Source of the DNA: Paramoeba atlantica
Lineage: Eukaryota > Protista > Discosea
NCBI GenBank assembly: GCA_977017575.1
Contig: CDRNVI010000026.1
Location: forward strand, 62,001-126,000
DNA: 64,000 bases
Direction of reading: 5' to 3'
Shown: positions 30,527 through 42,982 of the stretch, in pieces
Numbering within the stretch: position 1 is the stretch's first letter
Layout of the letters: each line of letters starts with the position of its first letter
Notes under the pieces: model-generated
What the model was told of the DNA's origin: nothing
Database searches by the model: none
What the model saw: only the letters and a program-made list of their open reading frames with translations
Position numbers and translations under genes: made by a program

Positions 30527-31993
30527 TTAAATTAACTTAATGCGGTGTTCCCTACTGAAAAGAGTGGTTCCACAATTTTTATATTTTTGCAGAGCTTGCT
30601 GCAGCACAGCAAAGGTCGCTTGCTGCCGAAACTCAAATTCTTTTGTTTGTACCGCTTTCGAACGAGTTCCTGAATCGGCAACGTTTTCTTCAGAGAGAAG
30701 ATCAGCAATAATAAGATGCACACCAGAAACTTTCAGTTTTTGCAATATTAGATTTACAATCTTGTCCACATTCTTGGACACCGAAAACCCCTTTTCGATG
30801 GACCAATCCACACAAGTGTTGTCGACGGCTCCTATGATTGTGATTGGTAGGGCAAATGAGAAACTTTTTTCAAAAGCTATTGCCTCAGCATGTTCGATCT
30901 GCAGCTCCTCCTCAAAAGCATCTCCCAAGTGATGTTGTATTGTTCCATTGTCTTGATAAATGCACGCAGACCACCGAGTCGGCGTTGCATCTGATGCAAA
31001 AAGTACCGAATCTTTGTTAACATGGGTTGCAAAGCTCAATCTATGTGACCACACTACACGTATCGTGGAGATCATCTCCAAGATCATCGCTAAAGGTTCA
31101 TCCAAATTTACTTCTTTTTTGTCCCATTCAGTAATCTGACCAAGGTCACTTTGAATTTTTGTGAATCTTCCTAATATTCGCCGTGAAAGACTCAACAAGA
31201 GGACGGCAAACCGCAGAAATCCAAGAAATCGGAAGTAGACACGGGAGATTGCTTCTATTGGCGCCTGGGCACTCACTTGCCACGCTTTGAGCAGCGAATT
31301 GTCAAACGACCAAGTAAGACCCAAAGGGGTTTGGCGAAGCGCGATACCGCAAAACGTAAATTCAGCGTTATGTTTTTCCGCAGTGATGTACTTCAAGCTT
31401 AGTCTTGCCCTAAGCTCAAAATTACGGATCAGAATATCTTTCCAGCGCATTTGCAGATGGGACGAAACATATAAGCATAGAGAGTCATATACCACAATAA
31501 TTAAACCGCCATCCTGCAGCCGGAGACAGCCTTGCGCTTCAGTCCACTTGACGTCTTCTTCAGGTACGTAAAGCTCCCTGCGTTCCTCAGCAGTAAGATT
31601 AAGGAGGGCACCCCACACTAGGGCTTGGCAAATACCGCATGCCTTTTTGTAGCCCATTGGAAGAACGCATGATTGTAGTATAGTGTCTCCGAACCGAATG
31701 CAACACCGACGGCGCAATTTTTCACGGATCGGTATTTGGTAGTGAGCGTTACGTATATCCAGGTGTACTGCGCGAAGGCGATGGCGAGCAACATCTGTTT
31801 CACGTAGCAACTCAAGAATGCCTCCAACACTCAGAAGAGAAAAGGATACTTCCTTCCTTTGGGATGCATCGTTCAGAGTTCGTAGGTCAATTATAGCCCT
31901 TGCGGAGGAAGTGTCCTTAACGACGCTAAAATAGTTTCCCAATAACCCCTCTTGCCCTTTAGGAAAGTTCATGTATTGTGTGAGAACACCCAC
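30527..31993 (-). mobile_element. DIRS/VIPER-class reverse transcriptase-RNase H ORF
   Basis: YFSVVK...RAIIDLRTLN, LDIRNAHYQI, VLPMG, VVYDS; RNase H LFASDAT, HAEAIA, AVDNT, ENVADSGTR. Confidence 0.8.
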
Positions 31994-33532
31994 TTTCCAT
32001 AGATATCTAATTGGTGTAGCCCACTTTTCGTTGTTACATCTACTGTATATAGTTTAGTTTGTAGCTCTTCGGGGGGCCCATCAGAAGGATGGACATAACA
32101 TGAATCTACAGGATCTTCATTAAGAAGGCGGATAGCAGTGCCTACAACTGGCATATCAAGGACTGTTCGCTTGTAGTCAATTGATGAGACAATAAATTTA
32201 CCGCGTCCAACATTGGCTAATTCCGAAAGCGGGGCATCGATGGATGCGCAATACTTCCTTTCCAGAGCACACTTGTATTTTTACAAACTTTTTTCTCTAA
32301 GCTTCCATCGCTAGCTTCATCTTTTTCTTCTTCTATGCCCAGCTCATCAGTGCTTTCCACACCCATGAGATGAATGAAATATGGCATGCGGTACGTTCAG
32401 TATAAGGTGCCGTATGAGAAACTCCTGTGTAAATCCTAAATTCGACTGATGAAATAAGAGTCTTAATCTTCTTTTCTTTTTTCTCTGGATAATGTGCTTT
32501 ACCGCTAAATCCTAGAAAAACATAGACGTAGAACATGGTCTGTAGAAATGTATAAATTATGCATGATTTGTTTTTGGAGAAATAATAATAAAATTTATAT
32601 GTAATAATATACACGTATGTATGTCACGTGTATGTCACGCGGTCGGTGTCGGGGGCGTTTTTCCAATTGCGACCACCACACGGGTCATGCTCCACTTCCA
32701 AAATCACACGCGCAAACATTCCCTCCACGGCAATGCGCGAACGCAGGAGAACCACGTGCCGCAGCCCACCCGTCAATTCGCCCGCCTCTGCAGGAAAACT
32801 CCGAAGCTGTCGAAGTCTTTCTACAAAGGATGCCGACACTTTCGGGCAATCAACTGTACCAATGTCTGTCCGCGCCTGCCGAAGCAGTCGTCGGCAGACC
32901 GCTCCAAGAGACCTCTCATGACGGTCTCGAGCCTTTTCAATAATTCGATCCTCCTCTTTTTGTTGAGATCCGTGAGATATACTTTAGATATTTAATGGCC
33001 CATGCTACGTTACATATTATATTCACTCAAAATAATAGTTTCGCGTGTTTTCCGTTCCTTTATTTATTCACATGTTACCAGAGTTTGCGCACACACCTAT
33101 CGAAATGTCTCCTACGCACTCTATACGCACGAAAAATAAAGGTAACCTGATAAATGAAAAGGGGAAACGATCAAGATCCAAGGACAAGCGTGAAAATGCG
33201 AATACGCACAACAACCAAAAAACACGAAAAACTGATGGAAAAAGGAGTACGAATACATATTCACCAGGATTAGCAGAGGTAACTTTAGTAAGAAAGCATC
33301 CACAAAGAAAGCGAGCTAATTGTGAAGAGGAGTGCAAGAGAACTCGAAAGGGGGGGAGCTCTTCATCTAAAACGTGATTTTGGAAGCCCAAAAGTTGAAT
33401 GGAGTATCATTTTATTTATTTTGTTTATTTATTTATTTTTACTTTTATTTTATATTTAATAATGCGATTAATTGGTCTGTTTCAGCAGTTGAAGAGGGGG
33501 TTGTGAGACGAAGGGTTGTTCATATATTTATA

Positions 33533-34455
33533 AACCCCCCACAGCGAAAAGTCACCCCCCTCTAACTTTTCAGCCAAGTGTCCGTTTGAGCTCATTTTTG
33601 TTGCATTTTGCTGTTCCCAACACAAAGACTATGCGCGTTATAGCATGAAACCAAGGCTCTCAAATGCGTGCATCCGATAGATGGATTATCACTTTCTTCA
33701 CATTTTTCAAAAGGCCAATTTCTCACACTTTAACAAATTATATCTTCTCCTCCCATGAGAATTCTAATTATTTCTGTCCGTTTTTGCTGATTTTTGTTGC
33801 AAACGAGAGATCTCGTTCTCCTAGCAAAGATCTTTGCCGCTATTTTTTAATATTGACCCACTTGTGCCCCCTGGCCACGGAGTGTTTGTTTTCCTAAATT
33901 ATTGTGGTATGACGATGCAAAAAAATCAAACCTAAAAACAATTTTCTTCTTCGGTTTCTAAAATGATCTAAAAATGGTGGGAACGTGTAGATCTCAGAAT
34001 TTTGAACGAGAAAATGATATCTTGACCCCCTTAGGCCCCTTCAAGCAAAAAGTAAAGGGGACAGCTTAAAAAAGTTGATTTATCACCGTTTCAAGAAAGA
34101 ACCAATCAAAGAGAAATATTCCACCACGTGACAAATTGAATGTTTGTTATCTGTTTTTGATCATTTTTGTTGCAATCGAGAGAACTCGTTCCCCTAGCGA
34201 AGATCTGTGACACCATTTTCATGTTGACCCCCTTCCCCCCCTGGTCGAGGAACATGGGATTTTTTGGGTAATATTGGCATGACTATGTAAAAACGTCATT
34301 AAAAAAATGAGTTTTAATTTGTTATCTGTGAAGAGGTCTAAAAACAGCGGGAACGTGCAGATCTCAAAATTTTGAACGAAAAAGTGGTGCCGCAACCCCC
34401 CTAAGCCTCGTTGTACAAAAAAAAGAAGGGGGTGACTTATTCGCTGCGGGGGGTT
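33533..34455. mobile_element. 923-bp Tc1-family MITE, copy 1
   Basis: TIR AACCCCCCRCAGCGAAWAGTCACCCCC, TA flanks, internal ~373-bp diverged duplication; near-identical to 42983-43905. Confidence 0.9.
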
Positions 34456-34712
34456 TATATATATATTTATAAATTGTATTTATACGTTATTATTTGTTTT
34501 AGTTGTGTTTCGCCAGCAGATAAGGTGGCCAGGTGTATGGGAGGTGAGTTGGAGGACATTTTCGCCCCTATAGGGCCATTCTCATAAGAAAGTAATGAGG
34601 ATGCACGAGTTCTTGGCTGCAGATGGTCTCTTTGCGCGTAAATTTTATGTGAGTTTACATGGAGAAGTGTTTATGTTTATGGTGTAAATTGTAAACCCCC
34701 CAGCTGATACAT

Positions 34713-37285
34713 ATGTATCAGTGTCTTTGTTGTTGTTGTGTTGTATGGTGGGTAGCGTATGAACGGGTACCCGAGAAGCTGTTTCCGTTCCCCCCCGAAG
34801 ACGATAGGGTAGTGGTCTGCGGAGGACGTGTCAAAGTTCCAAGGAAGAAGCAGTCTGAGAGGAAGCGTCGGTATTTCTTTCGGAAAGATGCTGAGCGTGG
34901 CAACCTCAGCCAAGAGATTCAAAGCAATTCCAATGCCAGGAACAAGAGTTTGACGATTATGTCACTAAATGTAACAACACTTGACCTTAAAGGGGGTGAC
35001 AATGACCGAAAACAGTGCTTCTTCAGCAGCAATTTTGCATCTCATTAATGAGGTGTACTCCTCTGGTCAAATTCCACTCTCTTGGCAGGAAATTCTACAC
35101 ATTTCGATTCCTAAAAAGGGCGACCTTTCAAGTCTTACGAACTGGCAAGCAATCTGTCTCACGAATCACATCGTAAAAATAATGAATAACATGATACTGA
35201 ATCGCATACAACCGATTATTGAACCAAAACGGAGGAACAACCAATTTGGTTTCCGGCCACTGCGTTCCACGGTTGGTGCCCAGGCGATCCTAACTGAGAT
35301 TATTCAAAAGGCATTAAGGGGACCACAAGGCATTTTTCTTGGGTTCGTAGACTTTAAAGGGGCCTTTCCATCCATATCTCACGGGGCTATTGCAGAATGC
35401 TTGACAGCATTTTCAATCCCGCCTATGTTAAATCGAATGATTTTGGCGACAAACGAATCTCCGACAGGGTATGTGAAAACACAATTTGGCAAAACAGAAA
35501 ACTTTGAAATCGCATCTGGGGTTCTCCAAGGTGATGTTTTGGCACCTTTTATTTTCGTAATGTGTCTCGACAGGATTTTAGAGTTGGCCATGCAAAATCC
35601 AATTTTCGGGTTAACTCTTTTTCGTTCGGGAACAAAAAGCCGTGGAGTTCAACAGTTAAGAATAACGGACGTGGATTATGCCGATGATATTGTGTTCTTT
35701 TCACCTGAAAGAAAGACGCTCCAAGAAATGTTAGTAGCCTTAACGAGAGTTGCAGAACGAGCTGGGCTTAAACTTAACATAGGTCCGTCAAAAACAGCTT
35801 GGATGGTAATCGGAGGACGATTGAACGTATGGACAAATGATACGATTACTCTAGGAAATTACGGCATTGTACCTAGGGCTGACTCATATCGATATCTAGG
35901 CCACATGAAACACTCGCATAAGAATCGAGCCACTTTACAAGACCGTATACAATTAGCTTGGAGAGCATTTCATCGCTTAAAGCCGCTCTGGAGGGAACAT
36001 TTAAGTGTAACGCTCCGCCTGAGAATATTTAATGCTCTTGTAACATCAGTTTTGTCGTACGGTTTAGCCTCTTTGGTTCCGACAGGTGTAGAATTAAAGA
36101 TACTTGACACAGAAGTCAATAAGATGCGCAGAATAGCGACAGGGACGCCGTTGTGGGATGGTTATAGCAAATACCAACATGTGCGCTGTATAGGGGAGAA
36201 CCGAAAGTTTCAACGCTCCTGAGAGTCAACCGCGCTAAACTAGTTGGACACCTTTTGCGGCATGATTCCCCTATTGCGAATGTTGCATTATGGAACATAA
36301 GGGAAGAGGCACGCATACGCTCATTGACTGAAGCTTGTGCCCAGGATCTAGCAATAGATCCAATAGAAATGCACGAACGGGCACTTGATCGATGTTCTTG
36401 GCGTAATCTTATTCAGAATTTGTACCAACGACTAGAACCTATCGCCTATTATAATCCTTTTGATTCAACTAAAAGAATAGCAGAAGTTGCAAAGATTTTG
36501 CAATCGAATCAAAACTCTCTGGAAAAATGGCACGCATTGCAGTTTCAAGAGGAGGGTGAGACACTTTGGCCCCATAACAACTTGCTTCATATATATTGTG
36601 ATGGTTCAGTGAGAAAGCTTTCGAACAATATATTCGCAGGGGCATGTGCTGTAGCCTTCGAAGGAAACGAGATTCTAGCGACTAACGACAAAACGTTGGA
36701 CTCTATTAACGCAACACCAATACGGGCAGAGCTTTCAGCTTTCTTATTGGCATTACCAACTTGTCAAGAGAAGAACGTACCTCCGAGCATACATGGAATT
36801 TCTGGCACAATTACCGTCGCGCATATCAACTGGGTCATTATGATGGACTTGAGAATGCCGATTTGTTGATTCAAATAAACAGTCTAGCACAGGAAATAAA
36901 CAAGAAACATGAAATTCTAGTTGTCAAAGTCAGAGCACATTGTGGTAATTCAAGGAATGAACATGTGGACCAAATTGCAAAGGAAACCAAAGTGCAACAT
37001 CTGAGTCTATAAGCGTCGCGGAGCCCTATATGAATATATGGAGTATCATTCTGGCACAGCAGCACAAAACATCGATGGCTCCGTCAATTTCGTCTGAACG
37101 GCAGCATCCAACAAACATATCGCCTGTGAATATTGCGTGTAAACATCCGTGTAAAGATAAAAGAAGGTGTGGTCATAAGTGTTGCAAGCGACATTTGTGA
37201 ATAGCATTGAAAGGTTATTAATTTAGTGACATAATCGAGGACTCTTAGCCACTTATAACACAGTGGTGTATTATTATTATATTAT
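34713..37285 (+). mobile_element. Degraded RTE-like non-LTR retrotransposon (RT plus RNase H, APE mostly deleted)
   Basis: IMSLNVTTL (APE start), IPKKGDL, QFGFRP, DFKGAF, QGDVLAP, YADD; RNase H YCDGS, RAELSA, VRAHCGNSRNE in shifted frames; CCACT/AGTGG hairpin then (TAT)n tail at 37269-37285. Confidence 0.85.
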
Positions 37286-38419
37286 CATATCTGAGGTGGG
37301 GCGGATTGTCTTCCGGTGCAAGCGGGACCACACCAACTTTAGGTTCCAAAGAGCGTCCTGCATGGCAGGTTCCCAATGTACGCCTAATCTCTCTATGCTA
37401 GGCCTCTTAATACCGAACCCAAGTGGAACCTTGGACGTCAGAGTGTCCTGGTGCTCCGCTGTGTGCCGAGCGCCAAGGCAGTAGTTTCCGTCACCCCGGA
37501 ATACCGGAGCAACGTTGCCATCTGTTTGTGCTTTGATAGCTGGATTACATCCTCCATAGTGAGGTTGTTGTGTGCCACTTCTTCCATCATGGCACGCACT
37601 GCGCCATGTTTGAGGCTGTGGGATGAGTATCCCTTGCCCAAATGGTCCCGCAGAAAATTGGTCACTCCCTCCGTAGTAACTCGACTGAAACGTTGGGTTA
37701 ATTGGTGATTCTTCAAGAGTTTGTAAATTTATTCCGTAAATTCGCCCTCGATCACCGTGAAAGAGTCCGGCCGAAACGGCTGCGCTCGGGTAGTCTTCGT
37801 ATGTTGGCCCCAATGGATAACAACCCGGTCCCGCCGAAGGGTAATAACATCTCTGCGCCGCATTTTTGAAACTTCGCCCGCTCTGGAAGCCGTTTTGTAA
37901 GCGACGAGCACTACCAGCATATCGTTTGGCATTAGGGGAATTAACAGCCGGATCTGATCTTTGGAAATTGGGAGTGCTTGTCGGGTCGGTATCGCTGCCC
38001 CGGTCCTGGCGAAAGTTTTGGCTAGAAGTTCCGCATGTGTTGTAGGCTTTTGAGCCTTCGCAAGTACGGAAATTAAGTGTTTCAGGTAAGTGTGCTTGGT
38101 TTGAACGGTGATCCTTAGTCCGGAAATGAATGCGACGACGTTGTCGTCGTCGAACGAAAGATGAGCGGCTCGCATTTGTCGGAGTAATCGTACGCGGGTC
38201 ATCCACGTAGTTCGGGCCCATAAATTTAGAAGATGTTTTTGCATTTCTGTTCTTGTGATTCCCATCTCCGCGAAGACATATCGCACGTCTCTCAAAAACG
38301 CGCATGTTGGTTGTGTGACGGGGGAGTCCCTCAAAACGGTTTGCGGGGTCCGTTTTGGGTGCGAAACAGGGCTGTATGTTTCCTCCGACTGCAGATGTGT
38401 TGACTTTTTTATATTCCAT
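37277..38419 (-). other. 380-codon open frame overlapping the recombinase
   Basis: Stop-free frame covering the whole YR region in another phase; no recognised domain. Confidence 0.4.
37438..38334 (-). pseudogene. TATE-like tyrosine recombinase with one in-frame stop
   Basis: GAAIPTRQALP, YKTASRAGEV, TKT..QPFRP, HSLKHGA, SKHK, LLRYS. The two track ORFs share a frame and are separated by TAA at 37731-37729. Confidence 0.85.
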
Positions 38420-39127
38420 TACTTTATGCGGTTTGTGTGCTCTAGTATTGGAGGCACAAAAACTCTGAATTAGGAGGTGATAGAGATGGAAATGTTTGAT
38501 GTGAAAGTGCTAAGTTTTTTAGCCGACTTTGTCGGTATTTTGGATGGATTGGATGTGTTGACTTGCCTTGCCTTTGACTTGACTTGACTTGATCCAGCGT
38601 TATACGCTTTAAACTTGCTTTTATTATCCGCTGTACATTCTCTTGCTTCTTGCTTTGACTTAAAAAATTCTCTGCTGCTCTTAATTTCTTTGCTGCTTTG
38701 ACTTAAAAAATTCTCACTGCTCTTTTTGCTCCCTAAATTTTCTGTAAACTTGAGAAAGTAATTTCGATTCCGTCTACTGAGCACTCTAGCATACGAAACA
38801 AGGAGGAAGTATTATTACAATCAAATGGTTTCAAGAAAATAAAAGCAAAAAATACTTAACCCACAGTACATTATAGTCAACATTATTTATATTTCATACA
38901 GGTTACTGATCATGATGCGGTAGCGAAATTACTTTAATTTTATTCTTTGTATAGACTGGCTTTTTGCCCGAGGGCGGACTTCTCCGAGTCACTTCCCGCC
39001 AGACCCCCGCAGCGCGAAATCCGATCGCGGTACCTTGGAATTCTGCTCCTGTGTCCCTCGACCGTAATATGCTCATCGTCCTCGGTGACCGCCAGCCCTG
39101 CCGCCAGTCTTGTTGTAATTTATGCTG

Positions 39128-39689
39128 CTAACGAGCATGTTCGCCAACTGATCCGTTGGGTCCTCGATGCTTCAGAAGAAGCTGGATGAGTGGTGGTCGT
39201 GCTGGTGTTGGGGTCCTGATTGTCGCGTGAACTATTTTTTGGGAAATCTTTTGGAGGAATCTTTTTGGGGAGTGAAGAACACGGGTGCGAATTCGTCGTC
39301 GATGGTGCGTGTTCTGATGTGACTCGGTTCGCTTCTTTGGGATTCGGCGGTGATGATGCGTGTTCTGATCGAGATATGATTCGATTCGATTCGATTCTTG
39401 TATAGAAATCGGGGGCGGTGTCGTAGCGCTTTTGAAGCTAGAGAGTAGCTGGATCCCAGCGCGTGCGTCAGATTGCGTTGCATTATTTGCGAAGTAGATT
39501 TTCCTACGTCGAACGAGGTCTTTGGTCGATGCTACCAACGGATTTGTCTGTTGATGGGGCGGTGATGGGGCTTGAGCCGATTCTTGTGCGGGATTTGGCG
39601 GCAGTGATACGCGTTCTGGCCGCGATGTTGTGACTTGATTGGATTCTTGCGTGGGATTTTGCGGCGGTGCGTGTTCTGGCCGCGGTGTT
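39128..39689 (-). pseudogene. Downstream half of a repeat-containing ORF1 (YR element)
   Basis: Carries the same ~60-63-bp repeat (TPRPEHAPPQNPxQESxQVT) as 44119-44330. Confidence 0.6.
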
Positions 39690-40330
39690 TTTATTTTTTA
39701 TTTTTTTGGTACATGGAGAAAATCTTTGCCACAACCGCCTCGACCGCCACCCGGTGTCCAACCGGCAGGCCTTTCTTGGTCGAGTGAGCTGGCCACCTTC
39801 CAGTGGCAAGATGAATGGGTGTTTCCACCCACGCACCTCAGGGGAGACACCTCATTACAGGGTAGTGCGAGACTTGCATACCAGAGTTTTGTTGAATCTC
39901 GGATTGCGTCAGAGACTCTGGTAGCTCACTCGCTAAAAACTCCACTGCTCCGGATAGTTAGTCCAGGAGCGCTCCTAGCGTGGAGAAACGAAGGACCTAG
40001 CCTAGAAAAAAGGATCTAGTCCCTTCGCCTCTCCGGGAGATGGGGAGGGATAAAACCTCAGCTAGCACCAATGCCGTTCCACCTCCACCGAGGGGGTAGG
40101 GTTAGCGCGCTCGCTAACAACACACATGCCTCGGCAACGGGATGCTACCCCGTCTATGCCCCGGAACGCGGTTAACGACGCCGCGAACAAGGGTTGAACA
40201 GGAATAGGAACGGACACATTCCTTCCTGCCAGCTCGGAAACCCTTACGTCGGAAGGCTGGGGTCGCCACGCCCCATCACCGGCAACGTTCCAATGCCGGG
40301 CTCCTGACCTCATCTTCCCCTTCTGACGCA
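39690..40330 (-). mobile_element. ~640-nt GC-rich non-coding segment ending in an A-rich tail
   Basis: Several hairpins (GGGTG-GAAA-CACCC, GTTAGCG/CGCTAAC); ends AAAAAAATAAAAAATAAA on the minus strand next to a candidate target duplication. Confidence 0.5.
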
Positions 40331-40388
40331 CCCAAAAGGATATGCCGTGGCAATGACGATCCAGTTAGGATAAACAAAAAGGGGTGTA

Positions 40389-40700
40389 TTGCCGCTTGCA
40401 CGTGTTCTGGGCGTCCAGCAAAGCCCTGTTAGTGCTGTAGAAAGAAAACATCGGAAATACGTTGTAGAGAAAGGATTAGAACCAGAGTATTTTCGTTGCA
40501 TCGCTTTAACGGATTGTGGAATGTTACATGAAGATGCCAAGGTCTTGATCAAAGCCCTTGCAAAACGAGCGGATTCTGACCCAAAAGTTATACTTGAAGC
40601 TTTTCAATTGGAAAATGAAAAGTTTGCGGCTTACACTATCGTATCGCAATTGTGGAACCACATACAGGGAGAAAAATGGCTAGGTGGCATAAGCCTTTGA
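40389..40700 (+). pseudogene. CRE/SLACS-type restriction-like endonuclease, C-terminal fragment
   Basis: RKHRKY...FRCIALTDCGMLHEDAKVLIKALA. Confidence 0.65.
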
Positions 40701-41209
40701 AGCCAAATAATCTTCTAGTCTCCAAAGTCAAGTCTATCTCGTATTATTCAACATGGGCACAGATACAGGACCCAACAACAACAACAACATGGGCACAGAT
40801 ACAGGACACTAAACTCTGAGGGCTATTAAAAGGACAAAATTCCTTTTTGTTTAAGAAAGAAAGGTATTTTCTTTAGAAATAGATTTTTATATGAGGAAAA
40901 TCCATATGAAAAGTGGGTAGGCTTCCGGTGGGCCTAGGAGGGTGCACACCAAAAAAAAATTATATCTACGTATAAATATACATCATCATCATACGATAAT
41001 GAGAACTTGTGAAAGTAATTGAAGCATTTATATGTAGAATAAGAAGTATGCATGCTGATCGAATTATTTATGATTAATTATGCAGTGTGATTTCAAAAGA
41101 CCTTTCCATTCACGCTCTTCCTCAAAAACCCCCTTTTTGTTTAATACCCCCTTTATATACCCGTGTGGGATGCTAATCCCCAAGTGGGACGTACGAAACC
41201 ATGTAGTCC

Positions 41210-41440
41210 TTAAATAAAAAACCAAGCATCAAATAGCTCCTCATCAAACGATTCTTGCTTCTCTTTCTTTGCACCAGCCGTCGGGGAGTAAACATTAAAT
41301 ATACACGCCTTCATCTTTCCAATATGCATTGCTCCTTTCATAATGCGATCATTGATCTTTTCAACACCTTTCAAGCTTAAAAGCTGGCATTCCTTGTGAG
41401 AAGGAACCGCGCCTATATTCAACGTATCGGTGCACGCAAT
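41210..41440 (-). pseudogene. Apurinic endonuclease fragment of a LINE
   Basis: DRIMKG...IFNVYSPTAGAKKEKQESFDEEL. Confidence 0.65.
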
Positions 41441-41484
41441 GCAATGAAGTAGTCGGGCCAGAATACAGGCAGACACATAGTAAA

Positions 41485-41895
41485 GTGTGCGGAGGGAAAT
41501 CTTTTCGGCGCTCTGGACCAGATCTCGTAATTTACTGGAATGATGGAGAAATATATTACGATTTCACCGTGGTACATGAATTAGCGCCTTCAAATTTGGG
41601 AACGAAATGCAATAAGCTATTCCGGGACGCCATCAAACGAAAACACGATACTTATGTCGCAACAAATAAAATCGCGAAAGAAAAATTCAGATGTATTCCC
41701 ATCCTCTATGGTGGATCCCTCCATTTCAATACGAAGTCGCTGTTAATGGCCCTCGCAGATGCGGGCAGCGTACCTCGACAGCAGCTTCAGCTTGAGCTAC
41801 AACTTTTGCTACAGGAGCAAAATGGTGCCATACTATATTCACAACTTCGGAATTACCTTGAGAAGGACAAGGGGGCACTCCAGTTCGCTATATAA
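41485..41895 (+). pseudogene. CRE/R2-type PD-(D/E)xK endonuclease fragment
   Basis: GPDLVI...YDFTVVH...KRKHDTY...FRCIPILYGGSLH. Confidence 0.75.
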
Positions 41896-41989
41896 AGAGT
41901 TTCTAAAGAGGGGAAGAGCTTCTAAAGCCTGCAGTCAGGATAGATTTTTCAGAACTTGAGATAGTAATTGGCGCATTTACATAACATAT

Positions 41990-41996
<7 letters not shown>

Positions 41997-42032
<36 letters not shown>
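41997..42032. repeat. (TA)n microsatellite, Tc1 target
   Basis: Perfect TA run abutting the TIR; a second run lies at 42965-42982. Confidence 0.95.
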
Positions 42033-42038
<6 letters not shown>

Positions 42039-42964
42039 CGCTCACGAAAAGTGACCCCCCTCTTTTTTTTCGTACAAATGTCCGTTTGAGCTGATTTTTG
42101 TTGCATTTTGCAGATCTCAACACAAGGACTTTGCGCGTGAAGAAATGAGACAAAAAGAAACGAATACGCACAATTTAGAGAAGAATTACCATTTTGTCAC
42201 TTTTTCGCCCTTCAATCTTATACACTCCTTAAGTCCAGAATCAAAACTTAATACTGTTTTGTCGATCACTTTTTGAGTTAAAGAAGACCATGCTTTACGT
42301 ACACATCGGATAAGTGAAGGTTTGTCCGATGGCGTTTGTTCGTCTACCGCCTCTTGGACCATAGACCAGACGTTTTCTATGGGGGAAAGGTCGGGCGAGT
42401 TGGGGGGCCAGTTTCTTAGAACATCACTCATTCGATTCTCAATATACTCTTTGGAGGCACGGGCAGTATGTGCCGTTGCTCTATCCTGTTGAAATACACT
42501 ATTAGGGGGAAATCTACCTGTTTTAATGTTTCTATGTACGTCTCACTTGTAATAGATGTGTCATTGTAGATGTCTCACTTGTAATAGATGGTCACAGGAC
42601 TCAAAGTGTATTCCCCACTAGATTTTTTTTCGCTCTGATATTTTTTGATTATCCTTCTAGAGACGTTAAAATCACGGGATAATTGTTTAATCGGAACACC
42701 TTCTGCCTGTCTCATCTTCAAAAGAACCTTACCACAATCCGTAAGCCCCCTTTTGGGAGCCGATATGGTGATTTGGTCATTTTTGGAAAAAAAAGTTGAA
42801 AAACCAATTATGTTTTTGTGACTAAATTTTAAAATTTTAAAATCAGCTAAAAACAGCGGGAACGTATAGATCTCGAAATTTTGAACGAAACAGTGGTATG
42901 ATAACCCACCCACGCCCCTCTGTGCTAAAAATAAGGGGGGGTCACTTATTCGTGAGCGGAGGTT
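42033..42964 (-). mobile_element. Internally deleted Tc1/IS630-like transposon (DD35E)
   Basis: TIR AACCYCCGCTCACGAAWAGTGACCCCCC; HTH start (GVPIKQLSRDFNVSRRII) and catalytic end (VFQQDRATAHT...WPPNSPDLSPIENVW); middle missing. Confidence 0.9.
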
Positions 42965-42982
42965 TATATATATATATATATA

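Noticed and set aside
32617-33377. Short Cys/His- and Lys-rich ORFs as gag or LINE tail
   Set aside because: No consistent zinc-knuckle spacing; cannot be assigned from sequence alone.
39785-39845. HDV-like / Ingi-signature ribozyme (GGCCACCTTCCAGTGG)
   Set aside because: P1 and J4/2 do not fit, and the GNRA loop indicates the opposite strand.
40097-40105. Telomerase RNA template (CTAACCCTA on minus)
   Set aside because: A 9-mer is expected by chance at this window size and is half buried in a hairpin. The ACCCTAAC near 30087 is similarly weak.
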